A stretch of DNA of 64,000 nucleotides, taken from Octopus vulgaris. Its lineage: Eukaryota. The notes below the pieces were generated by a model. The model made no database searches. It saw only the letters and a list, made by a program, of their open reading frames with translations, and had not been told where the DNA came from. Positions 52,008 through 64,000 of the stretch are shown here, piece by piece. Location: the NCBI GenBank assembly GCA_951406725.2, contig OX597816.1, positions 12,586,001 through 12,650,000 on the forward strand, read 5' to 3'. Every line of letters begins with the position of its first letter. Position 1 is the first letter of the stretch. The translations under genes were made by a program, and so were the position numbers.

Positions 52008-54223
52008 AAGCTAGGTAAGAATGAAAGTTTGTGGTGAGTACCTATTCGCTAGTCATTAAAATTGTATCCTTTTACAGCTGTATTTGGACGTTTTGTAAAA
52101 CAATAACTCTTGCAGCGAACTGGTAGAATCGTTCACAAGACGGGGAAAGTGCTCAGCGGCACTTCATCCGTCTTTTCATACAAAGATCAAATTCCAACGA
52201 GGTTGACTTTGCCTTTCATATTTTCGGAATCGATAAAATAAAAATGAGTCAAAATTCCTCTGAAATCCCTGGCCTTGTGCCAAAGCATAAAACCAACATA
52301 TGAGACCAGTACTCTAGTACTTTAATGGAGGTCATGCAAAATGCTGTTGTAGAGGATTAACTAATCTATGTGGTTAAAAAGTGTTTTTCAGATGCACGTA
52401 GTGTCCGATTTCATTCCATAATGCGGAACCTAGAAAGTTCTATCACAGCAGCAACTAATATGTTCTATATCTATAAAGAGAAGTTTACAGTGTACTGTTG
52501 TAAAAGAAAAAGATGTAGATTTATTAAATCGCTGCATTTTTTTGTGAATAGCCGAGGTGTTCGTGTTAATGTGGGCCTTTGTATATCTATGTATGCTTGT
52601 GCGTGTGTGTGTGCTTTTATGCGTCTATAGAGTGTATCTCTGGTATTAACGCATTTACTGTACTGCAATCTGCCTAACAGAGCTGACTCGGTTGACCATA
52701 GAGATAAAGGGACGATAAAAGAATGAATAAGTATAATACAACAATGGCGATGACCTGTAGTTTGGTGTCAAAATGTGAGAAGTAGAGCCTGTGAAGAGGG
52801 TAAGAGGGAGAGGAAGTGGGGTACAAAGTGTGACAGAGAGGGGTAGAAAGATGCAGAGAGAGAAAGAAAGAGAGAGAAGGAAAGTAAGTGAAGTAGGTGG
52901 TGTAGAGGTGAACGGAATAAATGCAGGCAGATTATAGGGAAGAAATGAGTGAAGAATACTGATTTATTGGGGATAAGCTTTATAAATGTCTGACTTTCAT
53001 TTCCAATTTGTCAGCTTACCTAATCCAAGATATTTAACTGAGACCTTTAGTGAGATTGAAAAGAATTATTTCACTAACTCAAAAGATGTTAAAAGGTTGG
53101 TTGTCGAAACATGTAGCTTTGTACAACTATATACTTCGCTGAGATTATCAATCACTTTTACTGTTCGTTTTCTTTCATTTTTTTTATAAAACAGACACTT
53201 TTTATAGACATTTATATATTTCTTTCATTCCTGTTCGTTTCTTGTTATTCTTTAAGATATTAGTAAAAGCTGTAGATAATTTATGTATTCTAGAGAAATA
53301 TTCTCAAACGCCTGATAGAAATTAAATTCTTCTAAGCTTGTATAATTGATACTTTGGACAATATTTTTGCTTGTCGTTTACATTTCCTTGTTTGGCAGAC
53401 ATATTTAACATTTTGAAAATTAAGTAAGTTGTATACTAAATTGTTTGTAACGGTGGTACTCGAAGTAGATAAAGCTTTAAATGACAGTATGTAGAATATT
53501 GGATTAAAAACTTCTTTCGATTTAAGAAGGTAGCCTTCGAGTTATTCTCCATTCAAGAGTTTTTTTAACCCAATGTTGTAGATTATTATTTATAGAATTA
53601 TCTACGTCGAGTCTCACCGTTACAAATAATTTATTATAAATATCTCGAAGTTACTAAATTCCTATAATGTAAGCATAAAGCATATATTCTTAAACTGATA
53701 TCTTCTTCATAAAAATAAACAATCATATTTGTTAGATATATAATAAATGTGGTAAATCACGTCTAACTCTAATCGTTGTGGTAAGCGACAACGAAGGAGA
53801 ACCTACAAGGTCACATGACGTCTAGGTGCAGACGACATCACAAAATAGCGCCATAAAATTTTTAAGGATTATAATCTGTAGAGAGAAGCCATGTATGGTT
53901 ACGGCGACGAGTGTCCCTGTTGATCCAATCAGTGAAATTAACGTGAAATTAACTCGTGAAATTACTCGTGAAATTAACGTGCAAGTGGCTGAGTAGTCCA
54001 CAGACACAGAATGTAGTTGACAAGGAGATTCGACGTGACTCAGAACGTGACAAGGCTGGCCTTTCGAACTACGGGTACAACTAATTTTTGCAAGCTAAGT
54101 GAACTGGAGAAATATGAAATAAGCGTCATGCTCAAACAAGATTACGATAACATATTTGCTAAAACCCCACTCATCAGATGCCAATTAGGGAGCAATCTGA
54201 GCTACATTCGTAAATAAACGCAG

Positions 54224-54385
54224 GCGCAGGCATGTCTGCGTGGTCAGAAGCTTGCATCTCAACGACATGGTCCTAAGCTCAGTTCCACTGCGTGGCACCT
54301 TAGGCGTGTGTCTTCTATTGGAGCCTCGGGTGGACCAAAGTCTTGTGAGTGGATTTCGTTGATGGAAACTGAAAGAAGCCCGTTG

Positions 54386-54388
<3 letters not shown>
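54224..54388 (+). mobile_element. SINE family B 5' half
   Basis: Head through gaaactgaaagaagcccg, then (CA)n. Confidence 0.8.
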
Positions 54389-54458
<70 letters not shown>

Positions 54459-55899
54459 AACATAGAAATCTGCACATATACATACGTATATACATACAAA
54501 AATACCCTGTTGTTGATGCTGAAATTCCAATGAAGGAGCATTGGATCTAGGTTAGGGACCGGCTCTTTCTCTATTGGCAAGATATCTTGAAATAAAATTA
54601 AGCAATGACATACATACGTTGACACATGGTGTCACGCAGTGGACTGAACCGAGAACCATGGAATTGGGAATCAAACTTCTTACCACACAGCCACGTCTAT
54701 CGTGATATATTCGCTATTCTATAACTAAAATTTGGCATATTGGCAACCTGAGTTGGAGTGGTTACTCGTAAGTACTCAGCAAGAAATGTCGGTTTTCTTT
54801 TTCGACCAGGACCTATGAAACAGGATTGGATGAATTAATCTCAGAATATTGATTTCTAATGTTTCCACAAGACCATAAATTATGAGGAAAGGTTTTAATT
54901 AACCTAATCGACTCCAGAAAATTTCTATCATGTTTATTGACGCCTAAGGAATAAAAGACAAATTTAATGCTGGCGTGTGCGCTTTTTACTTACTGAGTAC
55001 AAAAAGAAACATTAAATCAAATATTTTGGAGGCGGATGCTTGAAATATCTGGCATGCTGGTTGAGACAAGTGATTTATTCGTAGATGAACACAAAGAACA
55101 ACAGAAAACACAAGTAGTTTGGAAGTTCTGAATAAAAACTCTTCAAGAATGAAGTGATGCGATCGCTGTTTATCAGTCATACTTCAGTTTCTGCCCCAAC
55201 CCCAAAAAGACCATATGAAAATTCTCAGAGCTAATGGCCTCCTGTCGTCAGAGAAAGATATTTTTTAACAAAGTGAAATTAAATGAAAACACCAGCAACA
55301 CACTTATTAATGATAGGTGTCACTGATACAAACTTCAAGAGATATCAGCAATCTACTATTTTAATTTCAAACCCTTACACTCCGTGCTTATGCTTACGAT
55401 CGCTGATATCCTATTGTATATATGTGTGTAAAACAAAGCTAACGACGGAAAATTGGTATATTAATTAATTATTCATTTATTTTTATAGCTATAAAATTCA
55501 TAAAATATAGACATTAATAAATAAATAAAAAAATCCGACACATTTTTCAGCTGATTTACCAAGAGCATGTCCATTTATAATTATATAATGAAATAATTAA
55601 ATAATTAATCAGTACAAACTATTTAGTAAAACAGCTACATCAAGGAATTTAAGAGGAAGTTCCGAGTTACACCATTTGAAATTGTCATATAGGTAAATAC
55701 AAAAGTAATTGTTTGACATACTGTATGTTCTTCGGTTCTCTTCTGAGACTTTATATCTACCTGGAATTATATCCCGACTTGGATAATTATATATACATAT
55801 ATGTATGTAGGTATATATGTATGTATGTGTGTATGTATGTATGTATGTATGTATGTATGTATGTATGTATGTATGTATGTATGTATGTATGTATGTGTA

Positions 55900-56095
55900 T
55901 ACCGCTAGCTCCAAAAGCTTTTTTATTCTCTCTGTCTTTTTATTCTCTCTCTGCTTATTTCCTCGTGTTCCTTACTGTTGAAGAGCTTAGGATCGAAATG
56001 TAAAGGACTTTCTCGACTTCCCGAGCATTAAACTAATACACCTGTATGTTATTTATACACTTGTTTTTGTCTTTTGTTTTTCTGTAAATTCCAAC

Positions 56096-56098
<3 letters not shown>
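55900..56098 (+). mobile_element. Microsatellite-flanked short element with hammerhead-like motif (55968-56010)
   Basis: cctta-CTGTTGA-a-GAGC-ttag-GATC-GAAA-tGTA-aagg; same layout as 147-181 but with more damage. Confidence 0.5.
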
Positions 56099-56168
<70 letters not shown>

Positions 56169-56183
56169 ATATTCACATGCATA

Positions 56184-56401
56184 CGAAGGGGTACTAAAAA
56201 GCTCCTGGCTTTGGGTAAAAGAAAGTACATGAGGATCAGTTAATTATTATTTTATTCAACATATCCCCCTCTTAGATTCACACATTTATTGCAGTAGTCC
56301 TTCAGTTTTTCTAAACCCTATAAAAAGGACTCGGGAGGTTGGGCTTCCAACCAGGCCTTTCGCGACACCCTTAACGCTAGGAACATTTTAGCACCCCTTC
56401 C
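56184..56401. mobile_element. Mariner-type MITE (218 bp), TA TSD
   Basis: TIR cgaaggggtactaaaaagctcctggc / gctaggaacattttagcaccccttcc. Confidence 0.8.
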
Positions 56402-58129
56402 TATGTATGCATATGTATGTGTATATGTGTATATGCGTAAGTATATGCTTAAGTCAAATTTAGACAAGTATACATACTAAGACATGTCTTTTACTGGATA
56501 TATTAACGTGTGAGTCACAGTTTTAACACACACACACGTGGGCAACTAATAAAGAGGTTACTATTTGGTAGATTGTATGTAATGCAATGCAACCATGTAA
56601 ATTTGAAAATAAATTAAGTTCGTAAATTTGAAGTGGAAAAGTTAATATTTGAAACTAGTGTTCATTTCATTCTGTCGCGTGTAAATATATGAGCAAACAC
56701 AGATCCAAGTCGCGTTATTACGATTTCCATATAAATTGAACAGTATAGATTATATCGGGATAGCCTCTGCTAGACAGATCTAAGTGATTCTTGTCTGTTT
56801 TGTAATAATAACAGTGGTCTTACGAATGACAAGACGACTACTGTCAGAGTTGAATTTGAATACATCATTAGAAGGTGAAATAAATTTAGAGAAGAGAAGG
56901 AATGCAATTTAATGTAACCAATATCCATTTAACATGTCTGGACAACTTCTTAATTAGTTTGCACGAATCTCATAAAATTCTTTGTCGTGTCAATGAAAGA
57001 TATATGAAAGCAAACAGCCTAATTAACGGTAAGAGTGATGAAGAGTTTGATTCTTATGGCTGACGTTCTTCAAACAGATCTCGCATCAACTTTAGGCGCG
57101 CTGAAAAGCTGATTCTGTTTTGGCCTTTCTTCGGAATTAATGCTGCTATTAAATATCATATCTCATTATCATTTTCAGAATTGGTTTTTTTATCATGTTA
57201 TTATTTTTTTTAACGATCACAAGTAATTGTGATAGCAATATGAAACTTAGCAACATTGAAACCATTAAAAAATATAAAATTATATAACACCCCACACAAT
57301 CTCCCCCCATACATTTAGAGCTTAGAACGTTGTTAGAGCAAACACGACACCCTTGCAATAAATGTATTAAGCTAGAGGTTTAATTAGTTTCAACAACAAA
57401 TTTCAAGTTTACGTTTATTTATTGCTTATTTTTTATTATTGTTTTATTACTGTTTTTCTTTTTTTTTTACTGTTCCTTTGTTGAAAGAGTTTCGTTGAAA
57501 TGTAACATGTGTATGATGGAAATATTAACTTTTAAAACATAAATTGTGAAAGCAAATTGCATTTAGATGTCAACAGGCCATGTTCAAAAATCTGTTGCAG
57601 TCATTAATTAGATATGTAGAAAATTTAATTGCAATTTATAGCCGTCAAACTTTACATAAACATCAAACTAGCTGACGCATTCTCGTTCACATTCAGACGG
57701 ATTCCGTGTGATCGAAATATATTATCTTGTATTGCTGCACATTAACTGCTTTGCATTGCAACATATGAATGCGATATCAGGTGGATGTCTCTCCTTTTTC
57801 TTGTGTCTGATAATGAATTCTTTCTTCTTCCATTAACGCGTCCACTTTCGACTTGGATGGAAGAGTTAAAACACTTCCTTAAATGCGAGGACATCTCAAA
57901 GGAAAGTTGCAAATTAACAATTCCTCCCCCTCTTCCTCCCCTTCCTCCTCTTTCACCTATCTTCATTATCATCGGCAGAAAATCCTGATCATAATCAGGA
58001 TCACATTTATCGTCGTCGTCGTCGTCTGCAGCGACGGCGGCGGTGACATGACGGCGTCATCATTATCATCGCCTCCACCGTCATCGCCGTAGCCGTCGCC
58101 TCATCTTCTTTCTCCACTCCACCAATTCA

Positions 58130-58580
58130 TCCATCTCTACTCGTTCTCCTCTCTCCTCTTCCACTTCCTCCTCCTCCACTTCCTCCACTTCCTCCTCCTC
58201 CACTTCCTCCACTTCCTCCTCTTCCTCCTCCACCTCCACTGTCTCCACTTCCTCCACCTCCACTTCTTCCACTTCCTCCTCCTCCTCTTCCTCCACCTCC
58301 ACTTCCTCCACCTCCACCACTTCCCACTTCCTCCTCCTCCACTTCCTCCTCCTCCACTTCCTCCACTTCCTCCTCCTCCACTTCCTCCACCTCCACTTCC
58401 TCCACCTCCACTTCCTCCACCTCCACTTCCTCCTCCTCCCCTTCCTCCTCCACAACCACCTCCTCCACTTCCTCTCTTCCTCCTCCTCCTCCTCCTCTAC
58501 TTCCTCTCTTCCTCCTCCTCCTCCTCGACTTCCTCCTCCTCCTCCTCCTCATCATCATCATCATCATCATCATCCTCATC
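58130..58580. repeat. Pyrimidine-rich (CCT/CCA/CTT)n triplet low-complexity tract
   Basis: tcctccactt-type units followed by (CAT)n. Confidence 0.95.
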
Positions 58581-59125
58581 TATCGATTATAAGAAGCAAC
58601 AGCGTCGAACCCATTTAAAAGTACACGACGTATCTTAATCCTTCCTCACCAATGTCCAATAAACATTTTAGTAATCACGTCCTCACCTTCTCTAGCTGAA
58701 TCTTGAGTTACGCCTTGGTTTATCTTCCGCTATGTAGAGTTCCAAACGATTATTTGTCTTCCGGGAAAGCACGGATATCTTACACAATAATCAGCAAACT
58801 AAGTCGTTCTAATCTTATTGCTGTCTTGTTGATCAACACTAAGATGTTGTCCTAATTTTACGCGTTGGTAATTTTCTGCAATAAATTTATAATTGACGAA
58901 ATGGTACTAAATGGTATCACAGGTGACACTGCCATCAACCACTCGTCCACCCATGGAGATTGTCAAGTAAATTACCATGTGTCTAATGAGGTCATTTCAC
59001 TACTACCGTCTATGGAAACTTATAGTCTTCTTTCACTGTAGCAGATAAATTATAATCTGGACAGCACTTTTAATCAAGCAGTTAGCAAATTTGATATACA
59101 TAAGCATACATAGATGCACATTTAA

Positions 59126-59177
<52 letters not shown>

Positions 59178-59197
59178 TATACATATATATACATATA

Positions 59198-59233
<36 letters not shown>

Positions 59234-59257
59234 TGTATGTATGTATGTATGTATGTA

Positions 59258-59570
59258 TTGGGTTTTCCGGAAAGTTCGTACCGATTTATAGTAGCTTACC
59301 TTTCGACTTATTTTAGAACATGGTTGAGTCCATAAAATAGGATTTGATTACACCTCCATTTAGAGCACAGTTTAAGCTATATTTTCGTGGAAGAAGGTTT
59401 ATGTTCCTATAACCTGTGTTAATTCTGTAACCCTTTAAAATGGAAGATAAGAAAGTTCATTTTCGGCACTTGATACTTTGGTAAGTAGACAAAAATTGCT
59501 GCAGCTCGGCTGGGATGTTTTACTTCATCCTCCATATTCACCAGATATTGCTACTTCGGATTTCCACATT
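59258..59570 (+). mobile_element. Second, 3'-truncated copy of the deleted mariner at 23355
   Basis: Same 5' TIR and same internal deletion junction (ctttgg|...agacaaaaattgctgcagctcg). Confidence 0.88.
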
Positions 59571-60194
59571 CTTGCACCAGTATAATCAAGGGCTGTGTAC
59601 CTGCACGTTTTCAGGTGAATGGGTTCATACATACAATCTCATATGTAGTCAGTAGATATCTATATGCTTCTTGTACTGGTAACAAGATGTACCAGGCATT
59701 AACTTGGATCAATTCAGTTTTCTCTTTCTCTAGTCTAAGAACTCTTGGCCTAATGACCGCCTAGCAAAACAATTACAGCGTATTTTTTGCTTTCTTTATA
59801 ATAGCGATCAATCTAACAAATAGACTTCGGAGAATAAGTATTTCCATCAGGGAAACATCCATGCTCTGGTGACACAAACTATTGACCCTTCAGACACTAG
59901 TTTGACATCCTATCTATTCATCGGGTGACATATCTAGCAATATAATAAAATAATAAATTATCATATTATACCAGAATATATGAAATCAAATATCAAGATA
60001 ATATCCAATACGACATTCTAGAATATCCCATTGACATTGACATATCTATTAAAGATAATATCCTATTCAAGAAAGCTTACCCACAGTCTTCTTTCTCTCT
60101 GACAAAATTGCTCAACTTATTGATTTCGGTATCTTTCATTAAAAGTTATCTGATCTACTCCAGAGACTGAAACTTCTATTTCCAATATATTGCA

Positions 60195-60313
<119 letters not shown>

Positions 60314-61052
60314 ACATATGGTATATAATATATATATATATGTTTCCTCCATCTTCCTTACTAACATACAATCCACAGATATATATATATATATATATAT
60401 GTCTACAGAGATGTAGCTATGCACACGCACACATATATACATATATGCGTGTATATACGTATATACAAGTTTGTGTATATATATATATATTCATATATGT
60501 ATGCATATGTGTGTGTATGTAAATATGTATATATATAGATGTATGTGTGTACGGGATTTATGTATCTATATGTATACTTCTATCTATATTTACATATATG
60601 TATGCATGTGCTTGTTGTGTGTGCATGTGTGTGCGTGTGTATGTGCACCTGTATGTGTTTGGATGTATGTGTGTGTGCGCGCGTGTGTGAGTGTGTTTGT
60701 TGTAAAGGGAAAAATCACTGATAGAACTAGACAGAGACGAAAAGTTATGACGACAAACTATTCGCTTGACGACTCAAAGGAAAATGGCGTGTTCTCGATA
60801 TTTCGAACGTTATGTCTTCTTCTGAAATAAACGGAACAGGGACAATAGCAATTTGAGAAAGGAAGCAAAAAGCCATTTCCAATATTTGGGGGTAAAGAGG
60901 CGGGCATTGATTAAAGATTAAAAATCTGGCTTGTGGTCCCATGTGTGTGAAAGGTGACGAAATGCGTGTAAGTAAATTCAAAGTAGGCGTCTTTTGCCGA
61001 ACCTCTAAGTTACAGGGGCGTAAACACACAAACATCGGTTGTGTAGCAGTGG

Positions 61053-62305
61053 CGGTACAAACACAAATACAAAAAAACAGTTCGAAGTTTTATACAAAAT
61101 TGAAAATGCAGTGCTTCAACGGTCACAGAAATCTATTATACAGCTCCTATTCCCCGGTATACCGGGGAATATTATAAATAAATACTGTTCAACAAATACA
61201 CACACACACACACACACACACACATGCATACATATACACATCCACGTAAAGGATTGTTAAAAACAATCCTGGGGTTAACTAAATATGTTGAAGATCATCA
61301 ATATATATATGTGTATATATATGTACACACACAGAGACATGTATATATACACATTGTTCCGTGTTCAGTCCCACTGCATGACACATTGGCCGAGTGTGTC
61401 TTCTACTATAGCCTCAGGCCGAGCAAAGCCTTGCGAGTGGATTTGATAGATGGAAACTGAAGGAATCCCGACGAATATGTGTGTGTGTATATACTGTTTC
61501 TTTCAGTATGGCTACTACGCAGAAAAAGCAAGCTTTCCTCTCCCTGTTGAGGGAAGGAGGCGGCACAATCTCGATGATAGACTCAACCGAAAGCTTTACT
61601 CTTCCCACCGATGACAACAGTTGTTCTGCGAAAGCTATCAATCCCGTTAATTCCACCAATGCGTGGAAGACGGTTTCCCTGTCCTGCCCGCACCTCGATC
61701 ATGTCGGCAAGATAGCAGTTCCGTGCCTTGACGGTTTATCGCGAACAGGTAACGCCGCACGGAAGCACTCCCAATCCAGGGATTTCTGGTAATTATCCAG
61801 ATATCGTGGCCCGATAGTTCTCCTGAACATGTTGATCAACTGATTTTCCTCGTAGCTCAGGGTCTCTCCCAAGGCGTCTCCGGACATAATCTCCACTAAC
61901 CCGCTATAAAAATCTGCCGTGGAACTCATGCTGCTGGCATTAACCGCCTGTGAGAGCAACTGAAGTAAGTGTAAGCTACTTGGACAAGCTGTGGCCAGTT
62001 AAAACTATCCTTATCTCTAGTTCTCATCACTATCTTGTCTAAGTAAGACCTGAGCCTTCCGTCAACATTAATCCAGTAGAAGCCAATAGTAAAGTTACCT
62101 CTAATAGAGGATACAAGTTCCAATCCCACCCCCGCTAGGGGTCGGGCACAAAAAAAAACTAAGTCTAAAACGACTTAAAAACAGTTCGAATTTTTACACA
62201 AAATTCAAAATGCAGTGCTTCAACGGTCACAGAAATCTATCAAACAGCTCCTATTCCCCGGTATACCGGGGAATATTATAAATAAATACAGTTCAACAAA
62301 TACAA
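61053..62305. repeat. ~140-bp direct repeat (61053-61200 / 62176-62305), each with a 24-bp perfect palindrome
   Basis: tattccccggtataccggggaata at 61148-61171 and 62252-62275. Confidence 0.9.
61490..61975 (-). mobile_element. Tx1/L1-like LINE ORF2 C-terminal fragment (zinc-binding region)
   Basis: LDNYQKSLDWECFRAALPVRDK.SRHG...*SRCGQDRETVFHAL resembles the W..LP...CxxC..ET..H motif; GC-richer than the flanks. Confidence 0.75.
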
Positions 62306-62629
62306 CAACGGTAACAATCCAATAAAACGGAATCTAGCAATAGCAAAATGCACCGGCACAAAAGAACACAACCACATCGTACGACCGGAAGCAGGTTTCT
62401 TACCACACGGCCACACTTGCGCTTGTAATATGTGAAGATTAGTATTATATAAGTCTTCACATTGTTAATAGCTTTTTTGTTTGATCGAAGAAGAACTGTG
62501 CTTATAGAAATGACTGCTTTGTTGTTTTGATCCACCGGACGTTATTCCTGTTTTATGAAATATCGTCAAAATAGAAGTGCGCAAACCCTTTCCAAAAACC
62601 ACGTTAAAAAGCCTTACTGAATGACAAAA

Positions 62630-63115
62630 TGGGCATATTCTGAGACATACCAATCCATATCGACATGAAGCTTAAGACTAATCGGTCATGTTTTGTTACT
62701 AAGGGCCACTAAAGAATAAAGAGCATCCTTATGAATGTATCCTTTTGAATAGTCAGTATTGCATCGCTAAAAGAACTCGTGAAATATGCAAAAATACAGA
62801 TCAGGAAATGAAGTTAAGTTGTATGTGGGAATCTGAAAAGTTCCTCAAAATAGTAGGAGCTTTGGTAACGATTAAAAAAAAAGCTTTAGTGAAATGCATT
62901 ACTGAAATCCGAAGAATTTCAAATATGTAGGCGGTAAAGAAAATGGCGCTACTAGAAAAAATATATGTATATCATGTAGTGTAATCATAATACAACATAA
63001 ACTACCAAACCAAAAATCAATGGAACAGGCTTTAAAGACAGGTAGAAACGCATTTAGTTGTGCAGTGGAAACACGTAATATAACGTAGAAACTTCTGAAA
63101 ATATTAAAACTAATA
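62630..63115 (+). mobile_element. Degenerate Dong/R4-like 3' end
   Basis: DIPIHIDMKLKTNR...IVGALVTI...KMALL remnants, ending in aataataa. Confidence 0.55.
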
Positions 63116-63122
63116 ATAACTA

Positions 63123-63334
63123 TTTCTACTATAGGTAGAAGACCAGGAATTTGTAGGGAGGGGAATAGTAGATCACATCGACCCCAGTACTTGACTGGTA
63201 CTTAATTTATGATCCTCGAAAGGATGAAAGGCAAAGTCGACCCCGGTGAATTTTCAACTAAGAACGCAAAGACGGGCGAAATACCGCTAAGCATTTTGCC
63301 CGGCGTGCTAACGACTCTACCAGCACGCCGCCTT
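63123..63334 (-). mobile_element. SINE family A
   Basis: Reverse complement of head and core. Confidence 0.85.
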
Positions 63335-63378
63335 TTTTAAAATTAATAATAATAATAATAATAATGATGAGGAGGATG

Positions 63379-63413
<35 letters not shown>

Positions 63414-63547
63414 AATACTATGAGTTTCTTTGCCCTAGGAGTCGGGAAGACACTCGATAAGAAATGGAAGCAAATTTGTAAGAAGAAGAAAAACCCATAA
63501 ACAATAATAATGATAATAATAATGATGATGATGATAATAACAACAAC

Positions 63548-63611
<64 letters not shown>

Positions 63612-63621
63612 GTAATAATAA

Positions 63622-63920
63622 TAATATCGACATAGCAAAGAAAGAACATGTATGATAATCGACATAGCATGCCCCGGTGACAACATGATCAATGTGAAAG
63701 AAGAAACTCGGTGCACTTGGGAAGTATCAGCACTCAACTACCAACATGGCTGAAAAAGATCGGTGCAACTGTGAAAGTAGAACGCATGCAAATATCAGCA
63801 TTGCTTGGAACTGCACAGGGTTCTTGAAGCATGATCATTAAATAGGTGTCACCTTAGTCTGCTGGCTGTAGGCAGTTGACACTTTCTATTATACACAGCA
63901 AAACAAGCTGTGAGTTTTCA
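63622..63920 (+). mobile_element. Dong/R4-like 3' end with internal deletion, inside (AAT)n
   Basis: TCMIIDIACPGDNMINVKEE...WLKKIG..VERMQISALLGTA; (AAT)n on both sides. Confidence 0.7.
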
Positions 63921-63927
63921 TATAATG

Positions 63928-63988
<61 letters not shown>

Positions 63989-64000
63989 TAATAAAAATAA

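Noticed and set aside
54505-54610. ccaatgaaggagc...ggttagggaccggctc as a hammerhead
   Set aside because: Both core boxes are mutated; unsupported without a family consensus.
58081-58579. Poly-E/V, R/W/K and G/S ORFs
   Set aside because: Low-complexity triplet tract open in several frames, with no splice or homology support.
60790-60830. Minus-strand cagaaga...gttcgaaatatcg hammerhead-like trace
   Set aside because: Core, stem II and cleavage triplet are all imperfect.

Overview
AT-rich, microsatellite-dense eukaryotic DNA. The SINE families and repeat landscape look like an octopus or other cephalopod genome; this is my inference, not a database result. I found no intact host gene, and almost every ORF in the track is a microsatellite or SINE artefact. 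The window holds three tRNA-derived SINE families and a ~540-bp (AAT)n-targeting retroposon. It also holds decayed Penelope-like, Dong/R4-like, CR1-like and Tx1-like retrotransposon fragments, mariner elements and MITEs, an inverted pair of non-autonomous Helitrons, and GG-terminated 8-bp-TSD MITEs carrying (TTAGGG)n. The most interesting signal is a set of short, non-coding elements embedded in (TA)n/(AAT)n tracts that carry minimal type I hammerhead-ribozyme motifs (CUGAnGA-stem II-GAAA-palindromic stem III-UH) from several unrelated families. They often sit as head-to-head inverted pairs, like Penelope pLTRs. One family joins a tRNA-derived Pol III head, an (AAT)n spacer and a hammerhead tail, making it a candidate Penelope-mobilised, self-cleaving SINE. 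All folds were read by eye, most copies are degenerate, and coordinates of decayed elements are approximate.
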